The notes below the pieces were generated by a model. The model searched no databases. It had not been told where the DNA came from and saw only the letters and a list, made by a program, of their open reading frames with translations. From Octopus vulgaris (Eukaryota): a stretch of DNA of 64,000 bases. Location: assembly GCA_951406725.2 (NCBI GenBank), contig OX597833.1, positions 59,396,001 through 59,460,000 on the forward strand, read 5' to 3'. This document shows positions 12,252 through 26,069 of this stretch, one piece after another (position 1 is the first letter of the stretch; each line of letters opens with the position of its first letter). The position numbers were made by a program, and so were the translations under genes.

Positions 12252-12649
12252 TCTTTATATATAAAAGTCAAGTTGTGTGTCTGTCTCCTACGATTTAGAT
12301 TCCTAACTACTCCCACATTTTGCGGTGCAGTTTAACCAAAACCGGGTACCTTATAGTCGTGATTCATATAGAGCCCTTCTGGGTATTAGCGCGCGTCTAC
12401 GATGAGTCTACGATTTAAAAAACAATTTACCATCATTTTTTTCCATTTTAATCCATTTTTTCGCTATTATATAAGGGAAGTAACTCTCTAAAAATGTCTA
12501 CGATGAGTCAACGATTTAAAAAAAAATTTACCATCGTTTTTTTTCCATTTTTAATGTATTTGTTTGCTATTTTTTGGCTATAACTCTCTAAAAATGTTTA
12601 TATAGTTATTTCCCTTACAAACCCGAGCAACGCCGGGCGATACTGCTAG
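12252..12649 (+). mobile_element. Non-autonomous Helitron
   Basis: A|TCtttatatataaaag ... cccgagcaacgccggg hairpin ... CTAG|T, no TSD. Removing it restores the host repeat aatgaaa|ttttctataaata. Confidence 0.9.
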
Positions 12650-14265
12650 TTTTCTATAAATATGCTTCTGACGGTGTAGATTCCGATTATGTCAGAATTT
12701 GTGGTGGAAAATTTTCCGACCGTTAAGTGAGGAGTTTCGGAAAATTCACACGAGTAGGCTTTGTTTCCTCATATCTTTCAGAAAAATAGGTGTTCTTTTG
12801 ATGAAATTTTCTACAAATACCTTTCGGGGAGAGTATATTATGATTATATTGTAATTTAATATGAAAAAGAAAATTGATGGACTCATACATATTGATACGT
12901 CCCAATTTTTGATATTTTTTGTTTTCCGAAATTTGAAGCTTCATTTTTTTTTTTTTTTTCATGTTAAATTCTGATTAAATCGTGATCTATAAACTCTGAA
13001 AGATATTTGCAGATGATTTCATTAAAATATTACTCATTTTTCTGAAAGTTACGCGGAAACAACCAACACGTGTGAATTTTCCGAAACTCCCTCACCCCAC
13101 CCTTGGAGAACATTCTTTTTTTTTTCACCATAATTCCAATATAATCGAAATCTACACCATCTGAAGCGTACTTGTAGAAAAATTCAATAAAATATATCCA
13201 TTTTACTGGAAGTTATGAGGAAACAAAGTTGGTGGGGTACACTTGTGTAGTTATGCCATTTTTTTCTGTATCCATGTCCCATGATGTTCATACTCATTGT
13301 TTAGTTTGTTCCGGGGTTTTTTTTCTTTTTTTTTTTTGCTCTTCTGACATCTTGTCTTTATTTCAATTTAATACTCTGTGTCCATCATTTTATTACTTCC
13401 ATCTAAATGTGTTCGATGTTTTTGCATTTTAAGCTTGTTGTTCTTTGAACTTAATGTTTCAATATAAATCAATGTCAGAGCAACTTGTCTTTCTACCAAC
13501 GTTACTAAATGGAAGTCATAAGAATAAACAGCATGACTCCTTTCTTATTTTAGTCTTAATTCCATTCACGACACAGATCCATTTATAGAAATAGAGAACA
13601 ATTTCAGCGTTGTCATCAACTGTTATTATTTAGACCAGCCAATTTCTTTATCAGCCATGAGGTTGAGAAAAAGAGGGGACGATATGAGGACACACAAAAA
13701 CATTGGGGTCAGGGGATCGAATGAGACAAAACATATGTATAAACAATTAAAATATATACACTTAAATGAGAATGAGTGATTTACAAAAAATGAAGGGGAG
13801 GACGCGGTTGACCCCACAAAGCACATACTCACACTGAAGACTTTGCTTTGTCCTTTTTTTGTTCTCATTTAGACAAGTTCTTTCACTCGCAACATATTTG
13901 CTACAGACTTACATCTTTTACGAAACACACTTTGCCTTTGCGACAGACATTTCTTCTCCAGCCTTGATCCAATGGGTCCAAAGGTTATGCTATGCTTCAG
14001 TGTCTGCTTTAGCATGGTTTCTACAACTGGATGCCCTTCCTAATATGTGTGTGTGTGTGTGTGTGTGTTTGTGTGTTTTGGTACAATTTACATCCAATGT
14101 TCTCAAACTAGCATAGATATTATATGTTTGGGCATTTTCAAGTTATTAATCTGTTTCTTAAGTTAACATGGGCTCTTCTAAAAAAAATAGTCTATATGAA
14201 GCATTATTGTAACATAATTTGCTATGCTCTTTCTCTCAATGTACTTCTGTTTTGTTTTATTTCAG

Positions 14266-14436
14266 GTATTCACATCAGTTTTCGTGTTAGAGGCTCTTCT
14301 GAAGATTGTTGCATTTAATAAACAGTATTTCAAAAGTGGTTGGAATGTATTTGATTTGGTTGTTGTTGTTGCGAGCTTAATTGATTTAGGAGTGGAGGGG
14401 CTTAAAGGTGTATCTGTATTCCGGTCTTTTCGACTG
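14266..14436 (+). CDS. Voltage-gated sodium/cation channel alpha subunit (Nav2/DSC1-like), internal exon: domain II S2-S4
   Basis: Polypyrimidine tract plus tttcag acceptor; CTG|gtaagt donor; 171 nt, phase 0-0. Encodes VFTSVFVLEALLKIVAFNKQYFKSGWNVFDLVVVVASLIDLGVEGLKGVSVFRSFRL (S2 E..LK, S3 WNVFD, start of the S4 arginine repeat). Confidence 0.97.
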
Positions 14437-14896
14437 GTAAGTGTTATTTATTTTCTTCAAAATAAATCCCCAAAACATCTTAATGTTTAACCCTATATAA
14501 GATGACTGGTCTAGTACCTTCAGGATATCTTGACTTATCAGATTTTTTTTACAGAATTTTTTATTCTTTTTATATCACGCAATTCCTCAGTGATGAAACA
14601 TTATTGGGCTTTGTTGCCAAATAAAATAATCCTGAACCATTTGACAAACTAATGATATTTTATTCATTACATTAGTTTTAATGTTGATCCTTATTCTCTT
14701 CAGTTTAGCATATTATTATCTTTATGAATAGTTACAACCTCTTGAACTGTACAATACCTCCTGTATGATAGTGAATGGTTCATAAACAGTTTCATATGTA
14801 GATCACAGTCTCAAGCTTGTGGCAAGTTTGGGGCTAAATCAGTTTCCCATTTGTTTATTCCAAGCAGTGTCCCTGAAACATTTTCTATTGTAGATT

Positions 14897-15122
14897 TAAC
14901 CCTTTAGAATTCTGATTATTCTATCAAACATAATGCCTATTGATTCCCATTGATTTGAATTAATCATGCATTATCTCATATCTTCAAGATCTTGATGGTG
15001 TAATTACTTAATGTAGAATAACATTGTAAGGTAGGCGTGAGAGCCTGGATCTGGTCAGTTTGAACATAAAACAGATTAGCTATTTTGGCCGGATATGGCC
15101 AGTTTAAATACTAAAGGGCTAA
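14897..15122. mobile_element. piggyBac-like MITE
   Basis: ttaaccctttag ... ctaaagggctaa termini; same family as 5412 and 54176. Confidence 0.8.
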
Positions 15123-15932
15123 CACAAGTGGAATGAACTATATATTTTCTCTACACTTCATATTCTACTTATCAAACAAGTAAATCTAATTTAACAATAA
15201 CAAAATACTTGTTGATCATCTGACTAAATGAAGACGAGTATCAATCAATCAACTATATATTCTCGTTCTTACTAAGTCTAACAAAAATGAATTTTATAAA
15301 ATTCTGTGATTAATATATTAATCATTGGTGCAAGTTCATTTGTAAATAATATCATGTGAATAATTAGTAGAACAGCATCTGTATAATGTTTTAGAATCAA
15401 GTGATTGGACAAATTAAGATCTTTGCTGCAAATTAATGAGTCTCCCTCCTGGGCAATATTGCCATAATTTACAACTTGACTATCTCATTAGCGCAAGATA
15501 TAAAAACTTAAATCCTCCATCATTGTGACCTTAACATTCAATAGAATGTTATCGCATTGGTTCTTTCTTTAACTAATAAAAGACAGATCAGTCATTTGTT
15601 TAATACAAGAATGACTATCATTCTACATCATTGTTGGGAAAGTTTTGTTCAATGAAAAGTATTCAGAAAGGGGGAAATAGGATGTCCATAGAGACAAACA
15701 GAAGACTTAAACCATATTACATGATATATGAAAGGATAGGCATTTTTTTTATAAAACCAATCTAATGATCCAAATCTATAGTTCACTTATGAACTACATA
15801 ATCTAAATGCATTTCAGTATTATAACAGTGTTAATTAACGCCATTCCATTTCAATATCATGCAAATGAACTGTTAATAGAAGCAATAATTTCTTTGCAAT
15901 TATTTTGAATTGCTTTCTTTGATATATTTCAG

Positions 15933-16126
15933 CTACGCGTTTTCCGTTTAGCCCAGTCATGGACAACAATGAGGTTGCTGCTGTGTATAATTCTTAATAC
16001 ACTCGGCTCGTTGGGATATTTGACCATAATACTTATTATTATCATCTATATCTTTGCGGTTACGGGATTACAATTATTTCATACTGACTACACACCTGAC
16101 AAATTCAAAGGAGAACCTGTTCCCAG
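15933..16126 (+). CDS. Nav2-like channel exon: domain II S4 end, S4-S5 linker, S5 (missed by the ORF track)
   Basis: tttcag acceptor, CAG|gtaaat donor; 194 nt, phase 0-2. Encodes LRVFRLAQSWTTMRLLLCIILNTLGSLGYLTIILIIIIYIFAVTGLQLFHTDYTPDKFKGEPVP(R). AQSWTTM is Nav2-like; Nav1 channels have AKSWPTL. Confidence 0.97.
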
Positions 16127-17116
16127 GTAAATGGCAGTTTATTTCAACCTTGTACATAGTCAGTTTTAACTTATTTCCTTTTTAAGTTAATGCCTTTCTG
16201 AGACAAATATTTCTGTATATATGCTAAGCCAGTGAAGCAAAGCTGAAGCAATTCATTTTACTTTGTTCAAAGTTGGAATAACTGACTTGGGTTTTTTTTA
16301 TTGTTATCACAGTAAAATGTTTTCTTCTTATTAATTGTTGTAGAAAAAGAAGAGTTGTTATGATTGATCTAAGACAATTTACTTCCACAAAAAATAATGC
16401 AATGAAAAATAGATGGAAACAATTGAAGAGAAATCATTTTGAAAATCTATTCACTTAATGCCAGCATGGAAAAAATAAATATTTAAGCACAGAGACATTA
16501 GTGATGTTGGAGCTGGACAAGATATAATGATATATATATATATAACTCCAATGAATGGAGATGATGCTTTAAAGACATCCTAAACTGAGGAATGAGACAT
16601 TTCCTTTTACCTTTAAAAGTCCATTAAGAAAGAATTTGTAGGGAAGTGTACTTAACCTTAAACTATTTTACCAATAGTTTCTCTAGTAATCTGTTAATAT
16701 GAATTAATGTTTAAATCATATACATTTCTAAACATTTGATAACTTTAGCTCATTTTGCAGTAAAGGACCTGAAATAGCTGTTACCTGGTAGCAGGGTGTT
16801 CTAGAAATAGCAGCCAAATCTTTCCTTTTCTGGGGAATGGAGTCGTTTACGCATGGTTTTGATGTCACATTTGTTGAAAGTATACAAAATAACCTGGAAA
16901 AGGAAAAAAGACCCATGAAGCAAAATTCCATTGATGGGAAACTCAGTGTTTCCTAGAAAACTCCAAGATCCCCACCACCCCTTCCTCCTTTCTGTTCCAG
17001 AAGAAAGTGGCTTGCAGCAGATTTGGAGGTGAGATATGTTGAATGCACTTGAAAAAACCTGTGGAGAAAATTATTTCACACCGAAGTACGAACAGGTCCT
17101 TTACAAAATATTTACC

Positions 17117-17282
17117 CAAGATCGGGACAGGCATGTGAATAGAAGGATCAGTGAGACTGATAAAGCAAGAGCTGAGCATCTGGCAGAACAGAGGGAAAGA
17201 GACAGAAGCAGGAAAGATCAAGAATCGGATGCTTAGAGAGGTGAGCGTATGGCAAAACAGGGGGAAATAGACAAAAGCAGGA
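17117..17282 (+). pseudogene. Degenerate 23-aa-periodic (STPR-like) coding relic, probably Helitron-derived
   Basis: ETDKARAEHLAEQRERDRSRKDQ / ESDA*RGERMAKQGEIDKSRRHH / ELD: 23-residue period with an in-frame stop. Confidence 0.5.
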
Positions 17283-18880
17283 GACATCATGAATTGGATG
17301 TTCATGTGAATACAAACGGAATAAAACAAGTTTCATGCAAATCAGACCACAGGTTACCAAGTTACATTGTTTTTTTGGTGGGATGCCTTTATAAACAGCC
17401 AAACCAGCATGGGGGAAAATGCTTTGAAAGTAAGGCACCATTGAAATGTGAATACAAATTGAGTAACACAAGTTTCACGTAAATCAGACCATGGATTCCT
17501 GAAATACACAGTTTTTTAGGGTACCTTGAACTATTGGCGACCAAACAGGTTATGGGTAGTCTAGTATTCAATAAAATTACCTTACCCTGATCATAAAATG
17601 GTTTTAAATTCTCTCTGATTATTCTAATCTAAGATTAAGAAATAGATGTATTTAAACAGTTTACTGTTGGCTACCAGCATAACAAAAGACTGTTTTTACA
17701 AAAACCCATGTTTTGGGTTAAAATTTTGTGTAGCAAATTCAGTACCTTTTATATAAGGGAACTGATGTAAAGTTACATTCAGTGCCTCTAACAAACACTA
17801 TCACTGAAGAAATAATCAAGAGCAAAGATAGTAAAAATATCGATCAGGGGTGTAATTAATTTATGAAGAGCAAATTTCAATTTTGCTTCAGCGGTATTTC
17901 ATTGTAATTATAGAATACGTAGCCTCAAATTAAGGTAACAAGTGACAAACTTGTTTCCTGAACTAAAAAGAAATAGTTAAATTGATTTTTAAAATCTATT
18001 GTGTAGAAAAAATTGTTCAACTTCTTGTTCTATTATGAATTCATTAAAAAGAATGTATATACGTTTTCTGTTTATTTTTTACTTCATCAAATATTTTAAA
18101 ACAAAAATATAAAGCCAAACACAAAATGTTTAGATAAGCAGTAAATAACACTTTTGGAAGCTTTTCAATGGGAAGGAAAAAGTCACTTTTACAGAAGCAT
18201 TAAAATTCTGTATTTAGTTTTTATGTGACTTTTGATTTTTCATTGAAAGGAAAACAAGAAAAAAAAAAATTTGAAGAAAAGTCAAGTGTGTCGAAGACAG
18301 GTTTAAAATGGTATCTTCCACTAAGTTTAAAGTGTTATATCTCTTTTCTTGTTTAAACTTTTCTCTGTTCCATCAGATGTTTATCTGCCAGCAACAACCA
18401 ATATTTTGACTGTTTATTACAGCTGCTTTCTATAGAGCTCTTGATATGCACTATTAAACAAACCTCTCTTTATCCTTTTTGCCACTTTTCAAGAAATTTG
18501 AAACATTTCCAGATTTCTCTCCCGCAATTTCACATTCACATTTACCATACTCTCTCTCCTTTCTCCCTCCCTCCTCTCTCTCTCTCTCTCTCTAATTTTA
18601 TTTACTGTCCTTTTTTTCTGTAATTTTTTAAAAAGCAAACTTGAGAGTTTTTATGATTCCTCTATAAAGCCATATATCCACTAGATGATATATCTACAAA
18701 TCAATAGTATGTTTTTATATTTTTTTCACTCTAAAATCATAGCCAGAAGTGAATCTAACTTTTGATGTCATTTTCTTATTTGAATTATCTAAATGTAGTA
18801 TAAGAGCAAAATACTTAAATATATCTTTCTCTCATATGTGTGAGTGAGTGCGTGTGTGTGTATGTGTGAGATAGAGTGTA

Positions 18881-18956
18881 TGTACATGTGTATGTATGTG
18901 TGTTTATATATGCATGTGTGTATGTATATATATCTTATGCATATCATATGTACATA

Positions 18957-19015
<59 letters not shown>

Positions 19016-19711
19016 TTTACAAATATATATATCATATATGTATGCATGTGTATGTGTGGGGGTGTGAGTATTATGCCACATAAACAGAACCCAGTGCACC
19101 TTCTAAAATGTTTAGTTTAGGAAGTGCATCCAGCCGTAAAAACCATGCCAAAAAAGATGTTGAGACCTGTCATAGTCCTCTGGCTCACAGGCTCCTGTCA
19201 AACTCTCCAACCCATGCCAGCAAAGAAAACAGACATTAAATGACAAGGAGGAACTTACATATATAAGAATAAAACACTTTCGGTAGAATGCAGAATAGTA
19301 TGTTGGTAATGATAGTAAGCTTTGTTAGAAGGAATGAATAAATTATTCCTTAGTTTATTTATACACACGTACATAAAGTATTCAGCTCTTCCAAGGAAAT
19401 GAAATAGAATAAAATAAAATATTTACATCATTACATTTAAGAATTTGTCTGGCACTTAAACTTCCACTAGACATGCTCAAGCACTCGGCAAATTCTTAAA
19501 TGTAATGATGTGAATATTAGTTTTTATTCTATTACATTTCATTTCTATGGAAAATTTGAAGATTTTGTGTGCATCTGTATAAATAAACTAAGAAACAATT
19601 TCTTCATTTCTTCGGACTAAGCTTATCATTATTATTATTACTAAGATATAGTCCAAACATGCCAGCATGGAAGACAGACATTAAATGATGATAATAATGA
19701 TGATGATGATG

Positions 19712-19748
<37 letters not shown>

Positions 19749-19802
19749 GTGTATGTGTGTTGTATGTACATATATATATATGTGTGTGTTTGTGTATGTG
19801 TG

Positions 19803-19837
<35 letters not shown>

Positions 19838-19962
19838 TTGTATATGTGTGAGTGCGTATGTGTGTATGTGTGTGTATGTGTGTGTGTGTACATGTGTATG
19901 TATGTGTGTTTGTATATGCATGTGTGTATGTATATATATCTTATGCATATCATATGTACATA

Positions 19963-20021
<59 letters not shown>

Positions 20022-20742
20022 TTTACAAATATATATATCATATATGTATGCATGTGTATGTGTGGGGGTGTGAGTATTATGCCACATAAACAGAACCCAG
20101 TGCACCTTCTAAAATGTTTAGTTTAGGAAGTGCATCCAGCCGTAAAATCTCCTGCCAGCTCTCATTGTCCCATACATGCTTTCAATCTCTACCCACCCTC
20201 ACTGCTTGTTCTCCTGTCCCCATTCACTTCTATGCACCTTGTATCTTGAGGGTCTACCCTGACCACTATCTCTTTCCACTTCCACCCTGACTAAAACACT
20301 TTCGGTAGAATGCAGAATAGTATGTTGGTAATGATAGTAAGCTTTGTTAGAAGGAATGAATAAATTATTCCTTAGTTTATTTATACACACGTACATAAAG
20401 TATTCAGCTCTTCCAAGGAAATGAAATAGAATAAAATAAAATATTTACATCATTACATTTAAGAATTTGTCTGGCACTTAAACTTCCACTAGACATGCTC
20501 AAGCACTCGGCAAATTCTTAAATGTAATGATGTGAATATTAGTTTTTATTCTATTACATTTCATTTCTATGGAAAATTTGAAGATTTTGTGTGCATCTGT
20601 ATAAATAAACTAAGAAACTTTGTCTTCTGCTATTGCCACTGACCAACCCTGTGTATACATTATTATTATTACTAAGATATAGTCCAAACATGCCAGCATG
20701 GAAGACAGACATTAAATGATGATAATAATGATGATGATGATG

Positions 20743-20779
<37 letters not shown>

Positions 20780-20833
20780 GTGTATGTGTGTTGTATGTAC
20801 ATATATATATATGTGTGTGTTTGTGTATGTGTG

Positions 20834-20868
<35 letters not shown>

Positions 20869-20963
20869 TTGTATATGTGTGTGTGTGTATATATATATAT
20901 GTGTGTGTATGTGTGTGTGTGTTTGTGTATGTGTGTGTATATATGTGTGTTTGTGTGTGTGTG

Positions 20964-20994
<31 letters not shown>

Positions 20995-21319
20995 ATACAT
21001 GTGTATGTCTCCACCACTCCACACCTTCCTTTTCTAAACTATTAGTTACCTCCTTTCCCTACTCCCCAACTCATGTATCATTGATCACCTTTCAAACCTC
21101 TCTGATTTCTACAGTTGTCACCTACTCTTCCTTCTTTCTCTACTTTTCATCCCTCAACACTTATCCTTCATAACAATATTCCCCCTCTCGCTCATTCCCT
21201 ATCTCCTGCCAGCTCTCATTGTCCCATACATGCTTTCAATCTCTACCCACCCTCACTGCTTGTTCTCCTGTCCCCATTCACTTCTATGCACCTTGTATCT
21301 TGAGGGTCTACCCTGACCA
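18881..21319 (+). repeat. Patchwork local duplication (blocks A B C A D B C ... D) with microsatellites
   Basis: A 18881-19141 = 19887-20147; B 19270-19596 = 20292-20618; C ~19627-19850 = ~20658-20881; D 20147-20265 = 21201-21319. Confidence 0.9.
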
Positions 21320-22960
21320 AGGGTTTTTAGTTGAACAAATCAACCCCAAGACTTATTTTTTTAAAGCCTAGTCCTTATTCTATTAGTCTCCTTTGCTGAA
21401 CTGATAAGTTACATGAGCATAAGATCCCACATCCTGTAGCATAATGCTACCTTTTTCTCTTCCGTTTAGTTGAAAGGGATCTTAGTCTTACAGGTTGCAT
21501 GGTGACTTCAGTAGTCAAAGTCAGAGTGCATGGTTAGTGTTGAGAAGTGCATCCAGCCCATAGAAACCATGCCAAAACAGACATTCAAGCATAATGCGGT
21601 CTTCAGACCTGTCACCCCCTGTCAAACTGTCCAACTTATGCCAGTGTGGAACATGGACATTAAATGATGATCATGACATATACAGGGGCAAGCTTCACTG
21701 CATTATTAAGAAGTTTGCTTCACAACTGCATGGTTTCAAAGCTTTGGTTGGCCCAAGGCTGTAGTAGAAAATACTTGCCCAAGGTACTATGCAGTGGAAC
21801 TGAACCTGGAACCATGTAGATAGGAAGCAAGCTTCTTACCACACAACCACATGTGTGTATGTGTGTGTGTATGAATGTATGAAGGGGTGGTTGTGGGTGA
21901 GTTTCTATCTCCTTGTCTTGACATTACATGCTAACTGTAAACAAATTTCGCCCTCATACAAGTGTCTGTTACCTGTATAACATACCCAAACTAGAGGAAA
22001 ATATTAACTTGTTAGGAAGCAGGTGGGGTTGGCAACAGAGAAAGCATCTAGCAACAGAAAATCTGCCTTAATGAATCTGATCTATACAAACATTGGAGAT
22101 ATATATCATGTTGATGATGATGATGGCATTCTTTGCTACTTAATTATATACATATATAATAAACACTTATGATGCCTAGGTATGAATATGGATGTGCATT
22201 TTATATGTACATGAAGATGATTGTGACTTTATTCCATAAAAAAATATTAGTGAGAATACTCAGATATTAAATCTCTGTTTTAATTAGACATGCTATGTTA
22301 CACAAAGTGATGCTTCCATTCCATTATAAACATTTGGAATCTTGCCAAATGTGCTAAAGTTGAACATGTCTGAACCATTGTAGTATTATGATAATTAAAT
22401 GAAATCCATAAGAAAATTTCAGTAACAGTATCTTCATCAAAACTGCAAAGGATATTATTAGATTAATTTCATTGCTTCAGATATAACAGATTTCTTTTTA
22501 AAAGTTGTTTGAAACAATAGAAATGTAAATCTTTTCAGTTAATATTCCCTTGGAACATATGAGTTTATGTAAGATATTGGTTTTAATGATGCGATATCAG
22601 CTATTCAAGCCCTCTTACAGCTATTGTATTGACACTCTAAACCAAGTATATTACTCTAGTTGTTCGGTCTGACTAACACTCTCATTTCTTGATTGATTAG
22701 TTGTTATTGACACTAAAAATACGTGCTCCATTAAGTTATCTACAAATTTCTTGAACTCTACCTCAGAAGAAATATCTAGAATGCTGTCAGTAGAAAAGCA
22801 AAATTATCATAATTGTATCAATAAAAAATGCATTACCAATTTCTTGGCTATATAATCATATACTGTGGCATACATTTCAAAGATTGTTATTCGCAATTTA
22901 TTGTGCAGTTAGCATATTTCCTTTTATCACCAATTAACAGTCTGTTTTTTTTTATTTCAG

Positions 22961-23108
22961 ATGGAACTTTAATGATTTCCTCCATTCGTTTATGATGGTC
23001 TTTCGAATTTTATGTGGAGAATGGATCGAACCCATGTATGATTGTATGCGTGCTTGTAATGGTCTTTGTTTCCTTATCTTCATACCAGTTACCGTGTTTG
23101 GCAAAACA
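22961..23108 (+). CDS. Nav2-like channel exon: domain II pore loop and S6 start (missed by the ORF track)
   Basis: tttatttcag acceptor, ACA|gtaagt donor; 148 nt, phase 2-0. Encodes (R)WNFNDFLHSFMMVFRILCGEWIEPMYDCMRACNGLCFLIFIPVTVFGKT, with the domain II filter Glu in LCGEW; WIEP is typical of Nav2. Confidence 0.97.
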
Positions 23109-23764
23109 GTAAGTAACATAGATTTCTAACTGTCTATATTAAATGCATTTTAAATCCGACATTATTGTTGACTAAAATATAGATTAGTTGTTATTCTTGA
23201 ATTTATGCATATTTAGGTACCTTTTTTCTTTCTGCATACATCAATTAGATAGAAGCTTAACAAAAATTATAATGCAGGCAAAATATATGAATATGTTTGT
23301 CTTTGAGTACATATGAGTGTATACATTTGTACATCAATATATTTCTCAGTAAAGCTTGTTTTTCTTTCTTTTTTTTCTGCGTAGCCTTATAATGGTGTTG
23401 TATTTAAATCTTAAACTAAACAATATATACATTGTGAGGCTTTGGTATGGTTGTTGGTAGAATAAATGTAGCTATATCTAGAATGTAAAATAGACACAAT
23501 ATATATAGTTAAAGAAGAGATATACATGTTTGTGCATCCAGGCAATAGGAAGAAAGTATTCGATAAAAAAAATAGTTTTTAATTCAAAAAAATATTTTTT
23601 TATTCAGTAGAAAGAGACTTAAGGTTATATTGAGGATAATCCAAAAAATATTGTAGCATTGGATATTTTGTAGTTGTCTTTTTAATATTATGTTAATTAC
23701 TTGGAAAATGTACATGTACAAGCATGCATGCTCACCAGCTGCATGGAATTAGTCATATATATAT

Positions 23765-23996
23765 ATTTCTTTATTGCCCACAAGGGGCTAAACATAGAGG
23801 GGACAAACAAGGACAGACAAAGGAATTAAGTCGATTACATCAACCCCAGTGCGAAACTGGTACTTTATTTATCGACCCCTAAAGGATGAAAGGCAAAGTC
23901 TACCTCGGCGGAATTTGAACTCAGAACGTAACAGCAGACGAAATACAGCTACGCATTTCGCCCGGCGTGCTAACGTTTCTGCCAGCTCGCCACCTT
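23765..23996 (-). mobile_element. SINE family B, full length
   Basis: 15-bp TSD aattagtcatatata (23747-23761, 23999-24013). Confidence 0.9.
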
Positions 23997-26069
23997 AAAA
24001 TTAGTCATATATAGTCATGTGAAAGATATCTGTTGACTCCTTAAATTATGAATGACAAAAGTTTTTACTCTTCCAGAATGATGTTGATCAACTATGTCAT
24101 CAACAAGAATCAACACTCTTATGTTAAAAGATAATTCTGCAGAGATCTTTGATAAATTTATTATTCACCTTAAAAGACATGATAAATATAAATTGGATTT
24201 GTTTTTGTTAAGTCTGGAAGATAAAACAACTGGTTGCAATTCCCTGAAATTACAAAAGAGGAAGTGAAGATGACATGTATTATTCAAGAGTTAAAAATAT
24301 TGTATCTAAATTTGCAAGCAATAGAAATATACTCAGTTTATGAATAAGACTTTATTCCTTGAAACCACAGACTGGGTAGCCTGTTTGTCTTTTAAACAAA
24401 TATAGAAGTATTGTAATTTTCTTATATAGTTAATCTAACAGGCTTTTAGGCATGGCTTTTCCAAGTATTTGACAGGGAAACTAATTGAAAGGTGACTTTA
24501 CTGTGTTTCATAAAGCTAGGAAGACCTTTACATTGTAAGTTACCATTCCTACAGATTAAGTGGAAGAATCCACCAGCATTACTAACAATGGCCATAATTC
24601 TTTTGTTGTTGTTAATAAATCATCTTCAATTCAGACTAAAATTTGTTTTGGGGTAGGAATCTTGAATCTTGTGCAGCCATAGAGAATGTCTTGCTATTAA
24701 TAATGTCTTATTTTTAAGATTATTGAGCATTTTGCCAAGGTATTAGCAATGATGACCCCCCAAACACTTGACAGAAATTTCTTCCTAGCACAGTTAATGG
24801 CACCTTACTAAAAGAGGTAGTAAATTGTCTTTAGTTCATGAAGATATTGCCAAACCAGCTTTGTATGAAATCATATGCCAAAAAACATGTTCTATAAGTG
24901 GCAAAATTAGAAAACATTTATAAACATAGAATATTTGCTACTTTGTAAATTGAGTTTTATTTTCTCTGGAGTATCTTATTCTGCCATCTTGAAAATCTTT
25001 TCATTATCCCAATTTAAGTCATCAGATTGAATTTCAATCATGGTAAATTTCCATAGGTGTTTAAGTGAAATTTAATGTCATATTTAACACACCTTAAAAC
25101 CATTGAACAAGTCAATCAAAACAAACAAGATGATAAAACAATGTGATGAAGAAATCCTACTTGCTTCTGTGAATATTAAATCATTGCCTTCTAGTGTTTC
25201 AAAGATACAGCCACTCCAGAGTATAAAGTTTAACCTTACATATCATTCAGTGCTAGAAAAACATGATTTATCATAAAAAAGTTCAGCTATCAGAAACCAG
25301 CCCATTAATTGAAAAGATGGAGAAACATGATACAGTTTCAATTGTAATATTGAGAATGTCTGCCTATTTGATTGGTTACACCTCCAAATGATAATCAATA
25401 ACTGCTTCTTTTAGTTATATTTCATATTATTAATTGCTAGATTTTGTTTTACTTATGAATTACTAATATTTCTTCACATTTCTTCTTTGGCTATGTGTAG
25501 AACGTAGTATTGGATTTTCTATAATAACCTTATAATGTTACGTTAATCATGGAGGCGTATGACTTAGTGGTTAGAGTGTTGCACTCAAAATCATAAGATT
25601 GTGGTTTCGATTCCATGGCTGGGCAATACATTGCGTTCTTGAGCAGACCACTTCATTTCACTCAGTCAGCAAAATAAGTAAATCTGTGACAGGCCTGCAT
25701 AACTAAAGGTGGTGGTGGGTGAAGTGGGAAGAAATATATCCCCCATAGAATCCTAAAAATCAGCTTTATGAGCCTTTGGGTCAGAAAGGGCCGTTGATTT
25801 TCTTTTTTTTTTTTTTTTGTGTTTATAACTAACAATAGAATTGTGTAAAATCACTAGAATCTCATTTCAAATGCATATTCCATCATTTATTATAAAAGGC
25901 AGGCCAAACTGCTTTGTTAGTCAACAACTCTGAAATATATGTATGGATGGATTTTGATTCCTTTAAATTACAGATTACAATAGTGATAAAAATTGACTAT
26001 CTTTCTTTGCCTATATTCTACTCTTTTACAATCTGTTATCTACAGACTCATGTACCTTTGTTTTTCTAG

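Larger units (their letters stand above)
10950..13235. repeat. Cluster of ~100-bp repeats in both orientations (foldback-like element), interrupted by a SINE trimer and a Helitron
   Basis: Motif tttcctcataactt(t)cagaaa...ttttctacaaata...cagatggtgtagatt occurs at ~10955(+), 11960(-), 12205/12650(+), 12765(+), 12970(-) and 13140(-). Confidence 0.65.

Noticed and set aside
14437-26069. U12-type (AT-AC) introns, known from some sodium-channel genes
   Set aside because: All three introns have ordinary GT-AG U2-type ends; there is no RTATCCTT donor.
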